From an uncultured virus (IMG/VR IMGVR_UViG_3300037420_001897) (taxonomy: Duplodnaviria; Heunggongvirae; Uroviricota; Caudoviricetes), in IMG/VR virus record IMGVR_UViG_3300037420_001897: DNA of 64,000 nucleotides, one strand, 5' to 3'. The position numbers and the translations under genes are program-made. Below, piece by piece: positions 9,102-18,954 of the stretch; the stretch's first letter is position 1; every line of letters begins with the position of its first letter. The notes below the pieces were generated by a model that saw nothing but the letters and a program-made list of their open reading frames with translations, did not search any database and was not told the origin of the DNA.

Positions 9102-9560
9102 ATGACCGGCAAGCCCCCCGTCGGATGGTCCGGCTGCGCCACGGCGCTCAAGGCGCTCACGGCCCGTGTCGCCGACCTGGAGAAGCACAGCCACCGGCCC
9201 ATCGACCTGACCTCGGCCATGGACGAGCTGCTCGACGCACGCGGCTACGTCGCGACCGCGCCGGCCCCAGCCGACCACAACGGCATCGCGTGGCGGCCGA
9301 TGTGGATGGCGAAGGGCGTTCGCGACGGCCGCCACATTCTGCTGCGGTTCCAGGGCGAGAAGCCGATCAAGGACGCGCTCGTCATCTTCGGCGCCGTCAT
9401 CGGCAGTTGGAACGGCAACGAGCGTGAGTGGGTGCTCTCAGTCGATCCCTGGGACCTGACGGGTGGCCGCGGGGCAGGCCTGCTGGACGACGACTTCACC
9501 GCCTGGGCGCCGCTGCCCGATCTGACCACGCAGCAGATCGAGGAGCTCGCCGGTGCGTGA
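9102..9560 (+). CDS. Hypothetical protein (DUF551-like C-terminus)
   Basis: WRPM...DGRHILL...TAWAPLP pattern. Confidence 0.55.
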   Translation: MTGKPPVGWSGCATALKALTARVADLEKHSHRPIDLTSAMDELLDARGYVATAPAPADHNGIAWRPMWMAKGVRDGRHILLRFQGEKPIKDALVIFGAVIGSWNGNEREWVLSVDPWDLTGGRGAGLLDDDFTAWAPLPDLTTQQIEELAGA

Positions 9561-10203
9561 GCGGCCCATCCTGTTCAGCGCGCCGATGATCCGCGCCGTG
9601 CGCGCCGATCGAAAAACGCAGACACGCCGGATCGTGAAGGGCGCTGCCCTCGATTGGCTCGATAAAGGGCTTGCTCCGGGCTTCGTAGCTGACCCCAGCA
9701 ACAGCCATTCGCCCTACGGCTACGCCGGCGACCGTCTCTGGTGCCGGGAGAACGTTCGAGCCGTCGAGTGCAAGGACGGGTGGGACAGCGTTCTCTACCT
9801 GGCGGACAACGAATGCCGGGAGATCGAGAACAGCACGCAGGGCGCCGAGCGCTGGCTCGACCTCGCGCACTACGACTACGAGCGCCGCGGCCGGTGCGCC
9901 GCGGTGCCTTCGATCCACATGCCACGCTGGGCTTGCCGCGAGGTGCTCGGCGTCGCCGGCGTCCGCATCGAGCGGCTGAGCGAGATCAGCGAGGCGGACG
10001 CGCTGGCCGAGGGGATCGTCGAATACGAGCCGACCGACGAAGATCCCGCAGAGTACGCCTGGGATGATGAGCGCGGTCGCGGTGCGATCTACGAGAGCGC
10101 TCGGGCGGCCTACGAATACCTGTGGCGGCACATCAACGGCCCGCGCTCCTGGGACGCGAACCCGTGGGTGTGGGTGGTGGTGTTCGAGAGGGTGCAGGCA
10201 TGA
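9553..10203 (+). CDS. ASCH/PUA-like conserved phage protein
   Basis: ERPILFSAPMIRA...KTQTRR, GDRLWCRE, PSIHMPRWA, ERLSEISEADALAEG, SWDANPWVWVVVF. Confidence 0.85.
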   Translation: MRERPILFSAPMIRAVRADRKTQTRRIVKGAALDWLDKGLAPGFVADPSNSHSPYGYAGDRLWCRENVRAVECKDGWDSVLYLADNECREIENSTQGAERWLDLAHYDYERRGRCAAVPSIHMPRWACREVLGVAGVRIERLSEISEADALAEGIVEYEPTDEDPAEYAWDDERGRGAIYESARAAYEYLWRHINGPRSWDANPWVWVVVFERVQA

Positions 10204-10363
10204 GGGGCCTGCATGCCTGGGGTCTGTTCCGACGCGAATGGCGCGGCATGGGCTGGCGGTTGGTTTCGCACCACAAGACCCAGCAGGCCGCGCTGGACCG
10301 TTCTCGCCCTGGTGACCGGGTCAGCCGGATCAGCACCGCGCCGCGTTCGTGGGTCCGCCGCTG

Positions 10364-10630
10364 ATGTCCTGCCAGCACGTCCGCCTCCCCGACGGAACCG
10401 CCGCCATCGTCTGCGGCCCGAGCCGCCGCTTCAAGATCTGTGCCTGCGGCAGCGGCAAGCCCGCGAAGCTGCTCTGCGACTGGAAGTCGCCTGAGCGCGA
10501 GAGCGGCGCCTGTGACGCCGCGATCTGCGAGGCGTGCTCGACCAGCCCCGCCCCCGACAAGGACCTCTGCCCAGCCCACGCGCGCGCCTGGGTCACCTGG
10601 AAGACTGAGCGCGCCGGAGCCGCCCGATGA
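10364..10630 (+). CDS. Cys-rich putative zinc-binding protein
   Basis: CxC, LLCDW, CDAAIC..C, DLCPAH; TGATG-coupled. Confidence 0.7.
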   Translation: MSCQHVRLPDGTAAIVCGPSRRFKICACGSGKPAKLLCDWKSPERESGACDAAICEACSTSPAPDKDLCPAHARAWVTWKTERAGAAR

Positions 10631-11148
10631 CCCCGCAAACCTACGGCGCCATGCCTGTCCCGTGGAATGCAGCCTGGTCGGCCGAGGTCGACTACGAGAT
10701 TCGGCCCTGTCGCTGGGTCCAGGGGAAACTGGCGCTGTGGAGCCCGCACCGGCCCGGCGAGGACAAGCCGGTCTTCGCCCGGCCGCACATGGTGCGCCAG
10801 CGCCGGTCCATCGCCGAGCTGCGCTGCACGGTCTGCGGCGAGAAGACGCCGGCGGGCGACCGCTGGTGGTTCAAGCTGGGCGCGGTCCAGGAAGGCATAT
10901 TCATGACGACGGAGGCGCCGGTTCACCGGTGCTGCGCCGATCTCGCCCTGACCGTCTGCCCCCACCTCCGCGGCCGCGAGGCTGACCTCGAGCCGATGCC
11001 CGGCGGCTACCGGGTCGTTGCCGCCATCGTGGGAGGCCCTGCCACCGAGCGAGACTTCGGCGTCGAGATTCGGGGCCGAAAGATCATCGGGTCGCTGAAG
11101 CTGGCATGGCCGGCGGCGATGGTCAGCCGGAAAGCCCTCCACCCATGA
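10627..11148 (+). CDS. Conserved phage hypothetical protein, putative Zn-binding
   Basis: PVPWNAAW, RQRR..LRCTVCG, EAPVH..CA...CPHL. Confidence 0.75.
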   Translation: MTPQTYGAMPVPWNAAWSAEVDYEIRPCRWVQGKLALWSPHRPGEDKPVFARPHMVRQRRSIAELRCTVCGEKTPAGDRWWFKLGAVQEGIFMTTEAPVHRCCADLALTVCPHLRGREADLEPMPGGYRVVAAIVGGPATERDFGVEIRGRKIIGSLKLAWPAAMVSRKALHP

Positions 11149-12887
11149 CGAAACCCACCATCCCGCCCGAGGCGCTGGCGAACCACGTCGCGATCCTGGC
11201 CAAGACCGGCGCGGGCAAGTCCAACGCCGCGAAGACCATCGTCGAGGACCTGCTCGACGCCGGCGAGCGGGTCTGCGCCGTCGACCCGACCGGCACCTGG
11301 TGGGGCCTGCGGCTCAAGCCGAACGGCAAGCCCAGCCCGTACAGGATCCTGATCTTCGGCGGCCAGCACGCCGACGTGCAGATCGGCGGCCGTGACGGCG
11401 CCGCGATCGCCGAGGTGGTCGGGACGTCCGCCACCAGCTGCATCATCGACACCCGGCTGATGAAGGTGAGCGAGCGGACCCAGTTCTTCACTGATTTCGC
11501 CGAGGCGCTGCTGCGGGCCAACAAGGGCGTGCTGAACCTCGTCATCGACGAGGCGCACGTCTTCGCCCCCAAGGGCAAAGTGGCCGATCCCGCCTCGGGC
11601 AAGATGCTGCACGCCGCGAGCAACTTAGTGAGCCTGGGCCGCGGGATCGGCCTTCGCGTCATGCTGCTCAGCCAGCGCCCTGCGAAACTGCACAACGACG
11701 TCCTCTCATGCGTCGAGACCCTCGTCGCGATGCGGATGATCCTACCGCACGACGTGGCCGCGGTGATGGACTGGGTCAGGGAGCAGGCCGACGTCGCCAA
11801 AGGCCGCGCGATCACGGCCAGCCTGCCCAGCCTGCCCACGGGGGACGCCTGGGTGTGGTCGCCCCAGCTCGACCTGCTCGACCGCCGCCGCTTCCGGCTG
11901 GTCCGGACGAAGGACACCGGCAAGCCCCTGTCATCGGAAGAGGCGGCGGTCGAGCTGGTCCCGCTGCAGATCGACGACATCACGGCGCGCCTGAAGGAGG
12001 TGGCCGCCGAGGTGGTGGCGAACGACCCCAAGACGCTCAAGGCCGAGATCGCGCGGCTGAAGTCGGATGCCGCCAAGGCGCCGGCGATTGACCAGGAGAC
12101 CCTCGCCCGCGTCGAGCAGAGCGCGGAAAGGGCCGGCTACGATCGCGGCGCGGCCGCCGGTGAAGCGCGCGGTTACGAGCTCGGGTTGGTCGAGGGCCGC
12201 CGGATCGGCCTGAAAGACGCCTACCTCAAGCTCAACGGCAGCATCCCCAAGCTGCTTGCCGACCTGTGGACCGAGGCGGAGGCCGTCGAGGCGCCGCCCA
12301 TGTCGATTTCCTCGACCTCTTCGGAGGCGGTGAAAATGGATACGCTGCCGCGGCCGACACCTCCGCGCCCGGTTCCCGCCAGGTCACCACAGCGGCCCGC
12401 CGTTGACCAGTCGCCCGGCGCGGTCCCGCCCGGCTGCGCCAAGCCGCTGGCCTCCCTCGCCGCGGTCTATCCCTCCGGCCTGACCGAGGCGCAGTGGTCT
12501 ACCGCCGCCGGCTACAAGCGAAGCGGCGGCACGTGGGGCACCTACAAGAGCCGCCTGCGCGGCGCGGGCCTGATCGAGCAGCGCGACGGTCGCTGGTTCG
12601 CCACGGAAGCCGGCGCCTCGGCCGCGGGCGAGGTGGAGTTGCCGCCTCCGCCCGGCCCGGAGCTGGTCCGCTGGTGGTGCGCCAAGCTGCCCGGCGTCAC
12701 GAAGCTGGCCGAAGCGCTGCTCGCCGCCTGGCCCGAGGAACTCGACCGAGACGAGTTGGCTGAGCGCGTCGGCATGGCGGCCTCGGGCGGGTCGTTCGGC
12801 ACCTACCTCAGTCGCCTCGCCGGCCCCGGCCTGATCGAGCGCACCGGCCGGACCATCCGGCTCACCAGCGAAGCCATGGGCGGCTAG
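11145..12887 (+). CDS. HerA/FtsK-family ATPase with two C-terminal winged-helix repeats
   Basis: Walker A AKTGAGKS, Walker B LVIDEAH, SQRPA; duplicated SGG(T/S)(W/F)GTY.SRL.G.GLIE. Confidence 0.85.
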   Translation: MTKPTIPPEALANHVAILAKTGAGKSNAAKTIVEDLLDAGERVCAVDPTGTWWGLRLKPNGKPSPYRILIFGGQHADVQIGGRDGAAIAEVVGTSATSCIIDTRLMKVSERTQFFTDFAEALLRANKGVLNLVIDEAHVFAPKGKVADPASGKMLHAASNLVSLGRGIGLRVMLLSQRPAKLHNDVLSCVETLVAMRMILPHDVAAVMDWVREQADVAKGRAITASLPSLPTGDAWVWSPQLDLLDRRRFRLVRTKDTGKPLSSEEAAVELVPLQIDDITARLKEVAAEVVANDPKTLKAEIARLKSDAAKAPAIDQETLARVEQSAERAGYDRGAAAGEARGYELGLVEGRRIGLKDAYLKLNGSIPKLLADLWTEAEAVEAPPMSISSTSSEAVKMDTLPRPTPPRPVPARSPQRPAVDQSPGAVPPGCAKPLASLAAVYPSGLTEAQWSTAAGYKRSGGTWGTYKSRLRGAGLIEQRDGRWFATEAGASAAGEVELPPPPGPELVRWWCAKLPGVTKLAEALLAAWPEELDRDELAERVGMAASGGSFGTYLSRLAGPGLIERTGRTIRLTSEAMGG

Positions 12888-12910
12888 CCCGCCACCACGG
12901 AGAACACGCG

Positions 12911-13303
12911 ATGTCCGAACACTCCCCCGATCCGGTCGACGCCCATGTCGGCGAACGGATCCGCCGCCGGCGCAAGCTCCTGGGCCAGTCCCAGCAGGCG
13001 CTCGCGGCCGACTGCGGCGTCACCTTCCAGCAGATCCAGAAGTACGAGCGCGGCATCAACCGGATCAGCGCCTCCATGATGGCGCGGGCGGCGAAGTCGC
13101 AGGGCGTGCTCCCGGCCTACTACTTCGAGGACCTGAGCCTCGACATCCAGGCGCGGCAGCTGCCCGAGGGCATGGAGGGCGCGCTGACCTGGCTGCAGAG
13201 CACTGAGGCGCTCCCGCTGGCCGAGAGCATGGCCCGCCTGCCCACTTCCATGCGTGAGGCCGTGACCCGCGTCGCCCGCAGCCTGGAGGCGGTGCCCGCA
13301 TGA
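12911..13303 (+). CDS. XRE-family HTH transcription regulator (alphaproteobacterial type)
   Basis: PDPVDAHVGERIRRRR...GVTFQQIQKYERGINRISAS. Confidence 0.9.
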   Translation: MSEHSPDPVDAHVGERIRRRRKLLGQSQQALAADCGVTFQQIQKYERGINRISASMMARAAKSQGVLPAYYFEDLSLDIQARQLPEGMEGALTWLQSTEALPLAESMARLPTSMREAVTRVARSLEAVPA

Positions 13304-15069
13304 GCCGTAGGAAGATCCTGGTCGCGGACCTGCTCTGCGGCGCCGGTGGCTCCACCGAGGGATGCGAACAAGCCCTCGTCGATCTGGGCGTGGACCTGAA
13401 CGACGTCGAGTTCGCCTGCATCAACCACTGGCCGACCGCAATTCAGACGCACCGGATCAACCACCCCCGGGCCCGCCACTACGTCCAGGACATCGCGACG
13501 GCCCGCCCCCACCTCCTCGTGCCCGAGGGCTACCTCGACCTGCTCATGGCCTCGCCGACCTGCACCCACCACTCGGTGGCGCGCGGCGGCAAGCCCACCT
13601 CGGACCAGCAGCGGTCGGACCCGTGGCACATCATCACCTGGCTGACCGAGCTACGGATGAAGCGGATCATCATCGAGAACGTGTGGGAATTCACCTCCTG
13701 GGGTCCGGTCGACCCCAAGACGGGCAAGCCGATCAAGGAGCGCCGGGGCGAGTACTTCTTCGCCTGGATCGAGACCCTCAAGCGTCTCGGCTTCGATCCA
13801 GAGTGGCGCAAGCTCAACGCAGCAGACTTCGGAGACGCCACCACTCGCCAGCGCTTCATCCTCATGGCCCGCAGCGACGGCCGGAAAGTGCGCTGGCCCA
13901 TGCCGACGCACGCCAGGAGGCCGGACGAGAGCATGGCCCTGTTTCCAGGTCTGAAGCCGTGGCGGCCGGCGCGCGAGATCATCGACTGGAATCTGAAGGG
14001 CCGGTCGATCTTCAACCGCGACAAGGACCTCGCGCCCAAGACCATGATGCGGATCTACGCCGGCGCGCTGAAGCATGATTGGCCCCGGCCCTACATCGTC
14101 ATGCTGCGCAACCACATGGCGGCGCGAGGGATCGACCTTCCGCTGCCGACCATCACGACTGGCGGCGCCGGCGCTGACGATCATCCCGGCTGCGCCCGCC
14201 CTATGCTGGTCGAGCCGTTCGTTGCGACCGTCGCCCACGGCAACTCGCCAGGCGACGTGACGGCGGATCAGCGACGCTGCAAGAGGATCGACGATCCACT
14301 CGGGACGATGCATGCCGGCGGCGGGAAGTTCGCCTTAGTCGAACCGTTCGTGCTGTCGCAGGCCTCGGGCGGCGCGGCCCGGCCCACCACGGAGCCGCTG
14401 CCCACCATCGTCACCGGCGGCCAACGGGGCAGCGGGACGGCCCTGATCTCCCCTTACTACGGCCAAGGCTCGGGCGAGACTTGCACCTCCGTCGACGAGG
14501 CGTTGCCGACCGTCACGACCAAGGGCCGACTGGGTGTGGTGGTGCCGGTGACGCAAAGCGGTGGCGGCGCGGTGGCGCGCTCGGTCGAGGACCCCATCCC
14601 GACTATGACCACGGCCAAGGGCGGCGAGTTCGCCGTCGTTATGCCCGTCACTCACCGGGACGGCAGCGACAGGGTGCGCGACGTGGCCGAGCCCCTGCCG
14701 ACGGTCACTGGGGCCAATCGAGGCGAGCTCGCGTTCATCACGGCCCAGCACGGCGAGCGGCCGGGTCAGCCACCGCGCGTCCACAGCGTCGATGAACCGG
14801 CCCCAACCATCGCCGCGACCGGCCACGTCGACCTGGTCGAGGGGATCGAGGGCTACGACATCCTCTTCCGCATGCTGGAGCCCCACGAGCTGGGGCCCGC
14901 CATGGGCTTCGACCGCTACCGGTTCGCCGGCACGAAGACCGAGCAGATCAAGCAGATCGGCAACGCTGTGTCGGTGCGGAAGATGAAGGCGTGCGTGGGG
15001 TCGCTGATGGCGGACGCCGCGCCCCGCCGCCGCGCCAAACCCGAGGTCTCTCGCGAGGAGGCCGCATGA
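13300..15069 (+). CDS. DNA (cytosine-5)-methyltransferase with long repeated variable region
   Basis: Motif I DLLCGAGG, IV SPTC, VI IENV, VIII TRQR, IX RMLEPHEL, X QIGNAV. Confidence 0.92.
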   Translation: MSRRKILVADLLCGAGGSTEGCEQALVDLGVDLNDVEFACINHWPTAIQTHRINHPRARHYVQDIATARPHLLVPEGYLDLLMASPTCTHHSVARGGKPTSDQQRSDPWHIITWLTELRMKRIIIENVWEFTSWGPVDPKTGKPIKERRGEYFFAWIETLKRLGFDPEWRKLNAADFGDATTRQRFILMARSDGRKVRWPMPTHARRPDESMALFPGLKPWRPAREIIDWNLKGRSIFNRDKDLAPKTMMRIYAGALKHDWPRPYIVMLRNHMAARGIDLPLPTITTGGAGADDHPGCARPMLVEPFVATVAHGNSPGDVTADQRRCKRIDDPLGTMHAGGGKFALVEPFVLSQASGGAARPTTEPLPTIVTGGQRGSGTALISPYYGQGSGETCTSVDEALPTVTTKGRLGVVVPVTQSGGGAVARSVEDPIPTMTTAKGGEFAVVMPVTHRDGSDRVRDVAEPLPTVTGANRGELAFITAQHGERPGQPPRVHSVDEPAPTIAATGHVDLVEGIEGYDILFRMLEPHELGPAMGFDRYRFAGTKTEQIKQIGNAVSVRKMKACVGSLMADAAPRRRAKPEVSREEAA

Positions 15070-15557
15070 GCAGGGGGAGTCACCGTTGGTTGGGATACGA
15101 GGAGGAGCGCGCGCCGTGTGGCTCTCCGGGGCTGCGTTGGCACTACGCCCGCTACTACAGCCACCTCCCCGCCGCCCACGTCCCCAGCTTGGACGACTGC
15201 CTGGTCTCGCGACCCCGGCTGTTCTCGCTGGTGATCTGGGAGCCGCTGCTCACCAAAGCGCCGGCCCCGCCCAAGGCCAAGCCATACTGCTGCTACATCC
15301 GCACCGTCATCTTCTACCACTCGCCCTACATCGTCTGGCCATGGCCGCGCCTCTACCGCGCCAACGGCCGTCTCTGCCGCGATAGCGGCCCGACATTCCT
15401 TCAGTGGGACCAGGTCGAAACCCGGCTGACCGGGGACGACCTGATCGAGTTCGAGGGCGAGCTGTTCGAAGTGGGCGGCGGCAGCGTCGTCTGGGCGCGC
15501 AAGCGCTGGTGGATGGTGCGCGGCGCGCGCCGGCAGCAGGCCCGGAGGGCGGCATGA
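15066..15557 (+). CDS. Hypothetical protein (aromatic-rich)
   Basis: ATGA-coupled with RBS GAGGAGG. Confidence 0.6.
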   Translation: MSRGSHRWLGYEEERAPCGSPGLRWHYARYYSHLPAAHVPSLDDCLVSRPRLFSLVIWEPLLTKAPAPPKAKPYCCYIRTVIFYHSPYIVWPWPRLYRANGRLCRDSGPTFLQWDQVETRLTGDDLIEFEGELFEVGGGSVVWARKRWWMVRGARRQQARRAA

Positions 15558-15758
15558 AGTGCTTCGACTGCCCTGAGTTGGACGGCGGCCGCATGCCGCC
15601 CGGTTGGGCGCCGCGGCCATTCTGCTGCAACTCTGAGGAGGCGCGGGCAGAGGCGCGCGAGGGCGAGGCCCGCGAGCGGGCTCGCAGCACCCCAGCCAAC
15701 GATCAACCCAACCGCGCCGCGCGCCGCCGGCTGGCGCGCCAGAAACGAAAGAACCCCA

Positions 15759-16343
15759 ATGCCTAGCGCCGCAGGAACCCATCTCGTCCGCCGCTCTGGC
15801 GCGCGCCTGATCTGCCAGTACGGCGAGGCCTTCGCCCTGATGAAGTACAAGAACAAGTCCACCGGCCGGGTGGAGTGGCTCTGGAACACCCGTGACGGCG
15901 TGACGCCCTTCGGGATCGATGACCCCACCGTCAGCGATGAGCTGGTCCAGGCCCACCTGGAGGCCCGTCGCAACGCCCCGAAGGACAAGAGCTATCAGGC
16001 CTGGTCCGACGCCAACCGGCACCCGGGCACGATGTATCATGTGGACTGGGGCGAGGACTCCTTCCTGCCGATCGGCATGCGGGTGTTCTTCTCCTACGCG
16101 GACGCGCCCGCGAGCGTGAAGACGAACATCGCGGAGCGCTGGGCTGCGCAGCTCAAGGAATACGACGGCACCGAGTACGACAGCCCTGAGCTGCTGGAGC
16201 TGCTGAAGGGCCAGCCGCCCTTCGGCATCAGGGACATAGATCCGACAATCGCCGTCGTGGATGAGGAGATCCACCGCCACTTCCACGACCTGGCGCGGGA
16301 CAACCCGTTCATGCCACCGCCGAGAAAGGCCCGAGCGGCATGA
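15759..16343 (+). CDS. Hypothetical protein
   Basis: EAFALMKY...EWLWNTRDGVTPFGI motif; good codon usage. Confidence 0.7.
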   Translation: MPSAAGTHLVRRSGARLICQYGEAFALMKYKNKSTGRVEWLWNTRDGVTPFGIDDPTVSDELVQAHLEARRNAPKDKSYQAWSDANRHPGTMYHVDWGEDSFLPIGMRVFFSYADAPASVKTNIAERWAAQLKEYDGTEYDSPELLELLKGQPPFGIRDIDPTIAVVDEEIHRHFHDLARDNPFMPPPRKARAA

Positions 16344-16392
16344 GCGCGATCTATGACGCCATGGACGCGCTAGAGTTGCTCTGGAGCGCCAC

Positions 16393-17103
16393 GTGACCCC
16401 GCTCCGTGTCCTGGATCTCTACTGCGGCGTGGGAATCGCAGGCGAAGGCTACACCCGCGCCGGGTTCGACGTGTACGGCCTCGACATCCTCGGCCACCGG
16501 CGCAATGCCGCCCAGGTCGTCATCGCCGATGCGCTCTCGGTCTCGCCGCGGCTGCTCCGCCTGTTCGACTTGGTGCACGCCTCGCCCCCCTGTCAGGCGC
16601 ACACCGACCTGAAGCACGCGAAGAACGCCAAGCCCCATGAGGACCTGATCCCCGCCACCCGGGCGCTGCTGCGGGAAGCCGGCGTCCCCTACGTCATCGA
16701 GAACGTCGAGGGCGCGCCGCTGATCGACCCGGTCGTTCTCTGCGGCTCGATGTTCGATCTGGGCGTGGACGTCGGCGGCGCCTTCTACCAGCTGCGCCGC
16801 CACCGCCTCTTCGAGGCGTCGTTCCCGCTGGCCCAGCTGGAGTGCATCCACAAGAGCCCGGTGATCGGCATCTACGGCGGGCACGTGCGCTGCCGCTCGG
16901 CCAAGCATGGCGGCCGGGCCACGCGCGACTTCGTCGGCGCCGACAGGCCAGCCCTGGCGCATGCGGCGATGGACCTCTCCGAGCGGGTGACAATGGACGA
17001 GATATCCCAGGCGATCCCGCCGGCGTTCACCCATTTCATCGGCACGCAGTTCCGCGCCTGGCTGGCGCTCAGCGGCGACGCGCGGGGGAGGTTCGCAGCC
17101 TGA
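16393..17103 (+). CDS. Small DNA (cytosine-5)-methyltransferase
   Basis: VLDLYCGVG, HASPPCQ, VIENV, LRRHRLFE, AIPPAFT. Confidence 0.88.
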   Translation: MTPLRVLDLYCGVGIAGEGYTRAGFDVYGLDILGHRRNAAQVVIADALSVSPRLLRLFDLVHASPPCQAHTDLKHAKNAKPHEDLIPATRALLREAGVPYVIENVEGAPLIDPVVLCGSMFDLGVDVGGAFYQLRRHRLFEASFPLAQLECIHKSPVIGIYGGHVRCRSAKHGGRATRDFVGADRPALAHAAMDLSERVTMDEISQAIPPAFTHFIGTQFRAWLALSGDARGRFAA

Positions 17104-17203
17104 TGCGCCGCGACCTCTCCTTCTGGATCCTCGCCGCCCTGGCTGCGCTCGGCGTGGCCTTCGTCATCGCGGGCGTCGCCGCGCCCATCATCGAGAGCCT
17201 GAC

Positions 17204-17773
17204 ATGACCGAGTTGGACAACGGCATGACCCCCCTTCCCCCAACACCAGACCTGAAAGCGATAGCGGAGGCGGCGACGCTACCCGATGTGCTGCCTGACC
17301 ATTGGACGTCGGCCGAGGGCCGAGAGATGGCCGTGGAATACCTCACCACGCCCCGCAACAGGTTGGGGCGATCAGACCTGACCGACTTCGCCCTCGCCAA
17401 CGCGGTCTTCCTCGCGGACCGACGCGACCTCGACCCCATCGTCTACCAGACGGCCGCGAAGGAGCGCATCCGGTGGCTCTCAGCGCATCTGGCCTCCCTC
17501 CAGGCCGAGAACGCGAGGCTGAAGGCCGCGCATGAAGCCGCCGTCCAGCAATGTATCGACGCTGATGCGGGGAACTTCGCCAACGCCAGGCGCGCCGATG
17601 CGGCAGAAGCTGGTCTCGCCAAGGCGCTGGGGGCGCTGGAGAGGATCGCGAATGGCCAGGCTGGACCGCAGGCCATCGGGTTCACGCCGACAACCGAGAC
17701 GCAGCTGTCTCTGGCGCGGAGCCTCGCCTCCCAGGTCCACGCCGAACTCCATCCGAAGGACAAGAGCGAATGA
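17204..17773 (+). CDS. Hypothetical protein
   Basis: Coupled ORF. Confidence 0.6.
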   Translation: MTELDNGMTPLPPTPDLKAIAEAATLPDVLPDHWTSAEGREMAVEYLTTPRNRLGRSDLTDFALANAVFLADRRDLDPIVYQTAAKERIRWLSAHLASLQAENARLKAAHEAAVQQCIDADAGNFANARRADAAEAGLAKALGALERIANGQAGPQAIGFTPTTETQLSLARSLASQVHAELHPKDKSE

Positions 17774-18111
17774 GTATGATCGAAGACGGCTTCTACATAG
17801 CGGTTGTCGGTGATGGCGACGAAGGCGAGCCGATCCGCGTGCAGGACGGTAAGTGGTACTCGATTGGGTGCGAGGACCCTCACGACCTTTCATCGGTCCT
17901 GATCATTCGCGACTGCGACGTCAGCGTGCCGACCAAGGCCGAGCGCGACGAGCAAGCGCGGCGCGACGCGGACGAGGACGTATGGGAGGCGCGGGTCCGA
18001 CAGGAGAGCTACGACCGCTATCGCGAACTCTACTACCGCCGACACGGTCGCTACCCCGGCCATCGGCGATGGCCAGCCCGCCCCGCCCTCAAGGACCAGT
18101 CCCATGGGTGA
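17770..18111 (+). CDS. Hypothetical protein
   Basis: ATGA-coupled ORF. Confidence 0.6.
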   Translation: MSMIEDGFYIAVVGDGDEGEPIRVQDGKWYSIGCEDPHDLSSVLIIRDCDVSVPTKAERDEQARRDADEDVWEARVRQESYDRYRELYYRRHGRYPGHRRWPARPALKDQSHG

Positions 18112-18511
18112 ACCGCTGACGACGATGTTCGGTCCGAAGCCCTGCCGAAAGTGCGGGCGCGACCACTACAAGGGTGAGTGTCCATCGCCGCGATTTCCCG
18201 TCGCGAAAATCGCGCCGCAGGGCGTCGAGGTCGTCTACCGCCGCCTCGGTGAGTGGGTGCGGCGGGCACGGAAGCTCCGCGGTCTACGCCAAGAGGACGT
18301 GGACGCGCTCATGGGGCTGACCCGGACCAGCATTGTGAACATCGAAGCGGGGCGCCAGCGCGTGCTTCTGCACGACACGCTAGCCTTACTGGTCATCCTC
18401 GGCGGCCAAGAAGCGGTTCAGCGCTTCTATGACTGCCTGGTTGTGCCCGGCTCGACTGTGGACACCCCCGCGGGCCGAGCCGCCCTCACCAAGGAGGGCG
18501 AACGTGGGTGA
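18104..18511 (+). CDS. XRE-family HTH protein with N-terminal CxxC-H-C knuckle
   Basis: LGEWVRRARKLRGLRQEDV...GLTRTSIVNIEAGRQ. Confidence 0.75.
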   Translation: MGEPLTTMFGPKPCRKCGRDHYKGECPSPRFPVAKIAPQGVEVVYRRLGEWVRRARKLRGLRQEDVDALMGLTRTSIVNIEAGRQRVLLHDTLALLVILGGQEAVQRFYDCLVVPGSTVDTPAGRAALTKEGERG

Positions 18512-18707
18512 TATCACCAGCGCCGTCCCGAACCCCGGCAGCGACGAAGCCGTGGCCAAGGGCTGCACCTGCCCGGTCTGGGACAACACTCGGGGCAGAG
18601 GCATCGCAACCTCGACGGGTTTGGCCTTCTGGATCTCTGACAAGTGTCCCGTCCATTTCGCCTCTCAACCGGCCGCCCTCACCAAGGACACCCCCGAGAA
18701 TGGCTGA
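18504..18707 (+). CDS. Small Cys/His phage protein
   Basis: RBS AAGGAGG, GTG start; PNPGSDEAVAKGCTCPVWDN...CPVH. Confidence 0.7.
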   Translation: MGDITSAVPNPGSDEAVAKGCTCPVWDNTRGRGIATSTGLAFWISDKCPVHFASQPAALTKDTPENG

Positions 18708-18954
18708 AGTCCTATTCGTCAAGCCTGGCGCTATCCGGGCTCGCGACCGCAAGGCGCTAAGCGATGCCGGCGTGGTCGTCGTGGAGATCGAGAACCCGGC
18801 AGACGCCAAATTCACCCGCGCGGGCCAAGAGCTTCCGCACGGGGCGCTCCTGGTCTGCGCGATGCACGCGATCCTCGCCAACACCTACGTCCACGAAGTC
18901 TTCGGAAAAGCCGTCGCGGAGGCGATCATTAACGGGGCACACCACCATGGATGA
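18700..18954 (+). CDS. Hypothetical protein
   Basis: Overlapping coupled ORF (MAEVLFVKPG...). Confidence 0.55.
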   Translation: MAEVLFVKPGAIRARDRKALSDAGVVVVEIENPADAKFTRAGQELPHGALLVCAMHAILANTYVHEVFGKAVAEAIINGAHHHG

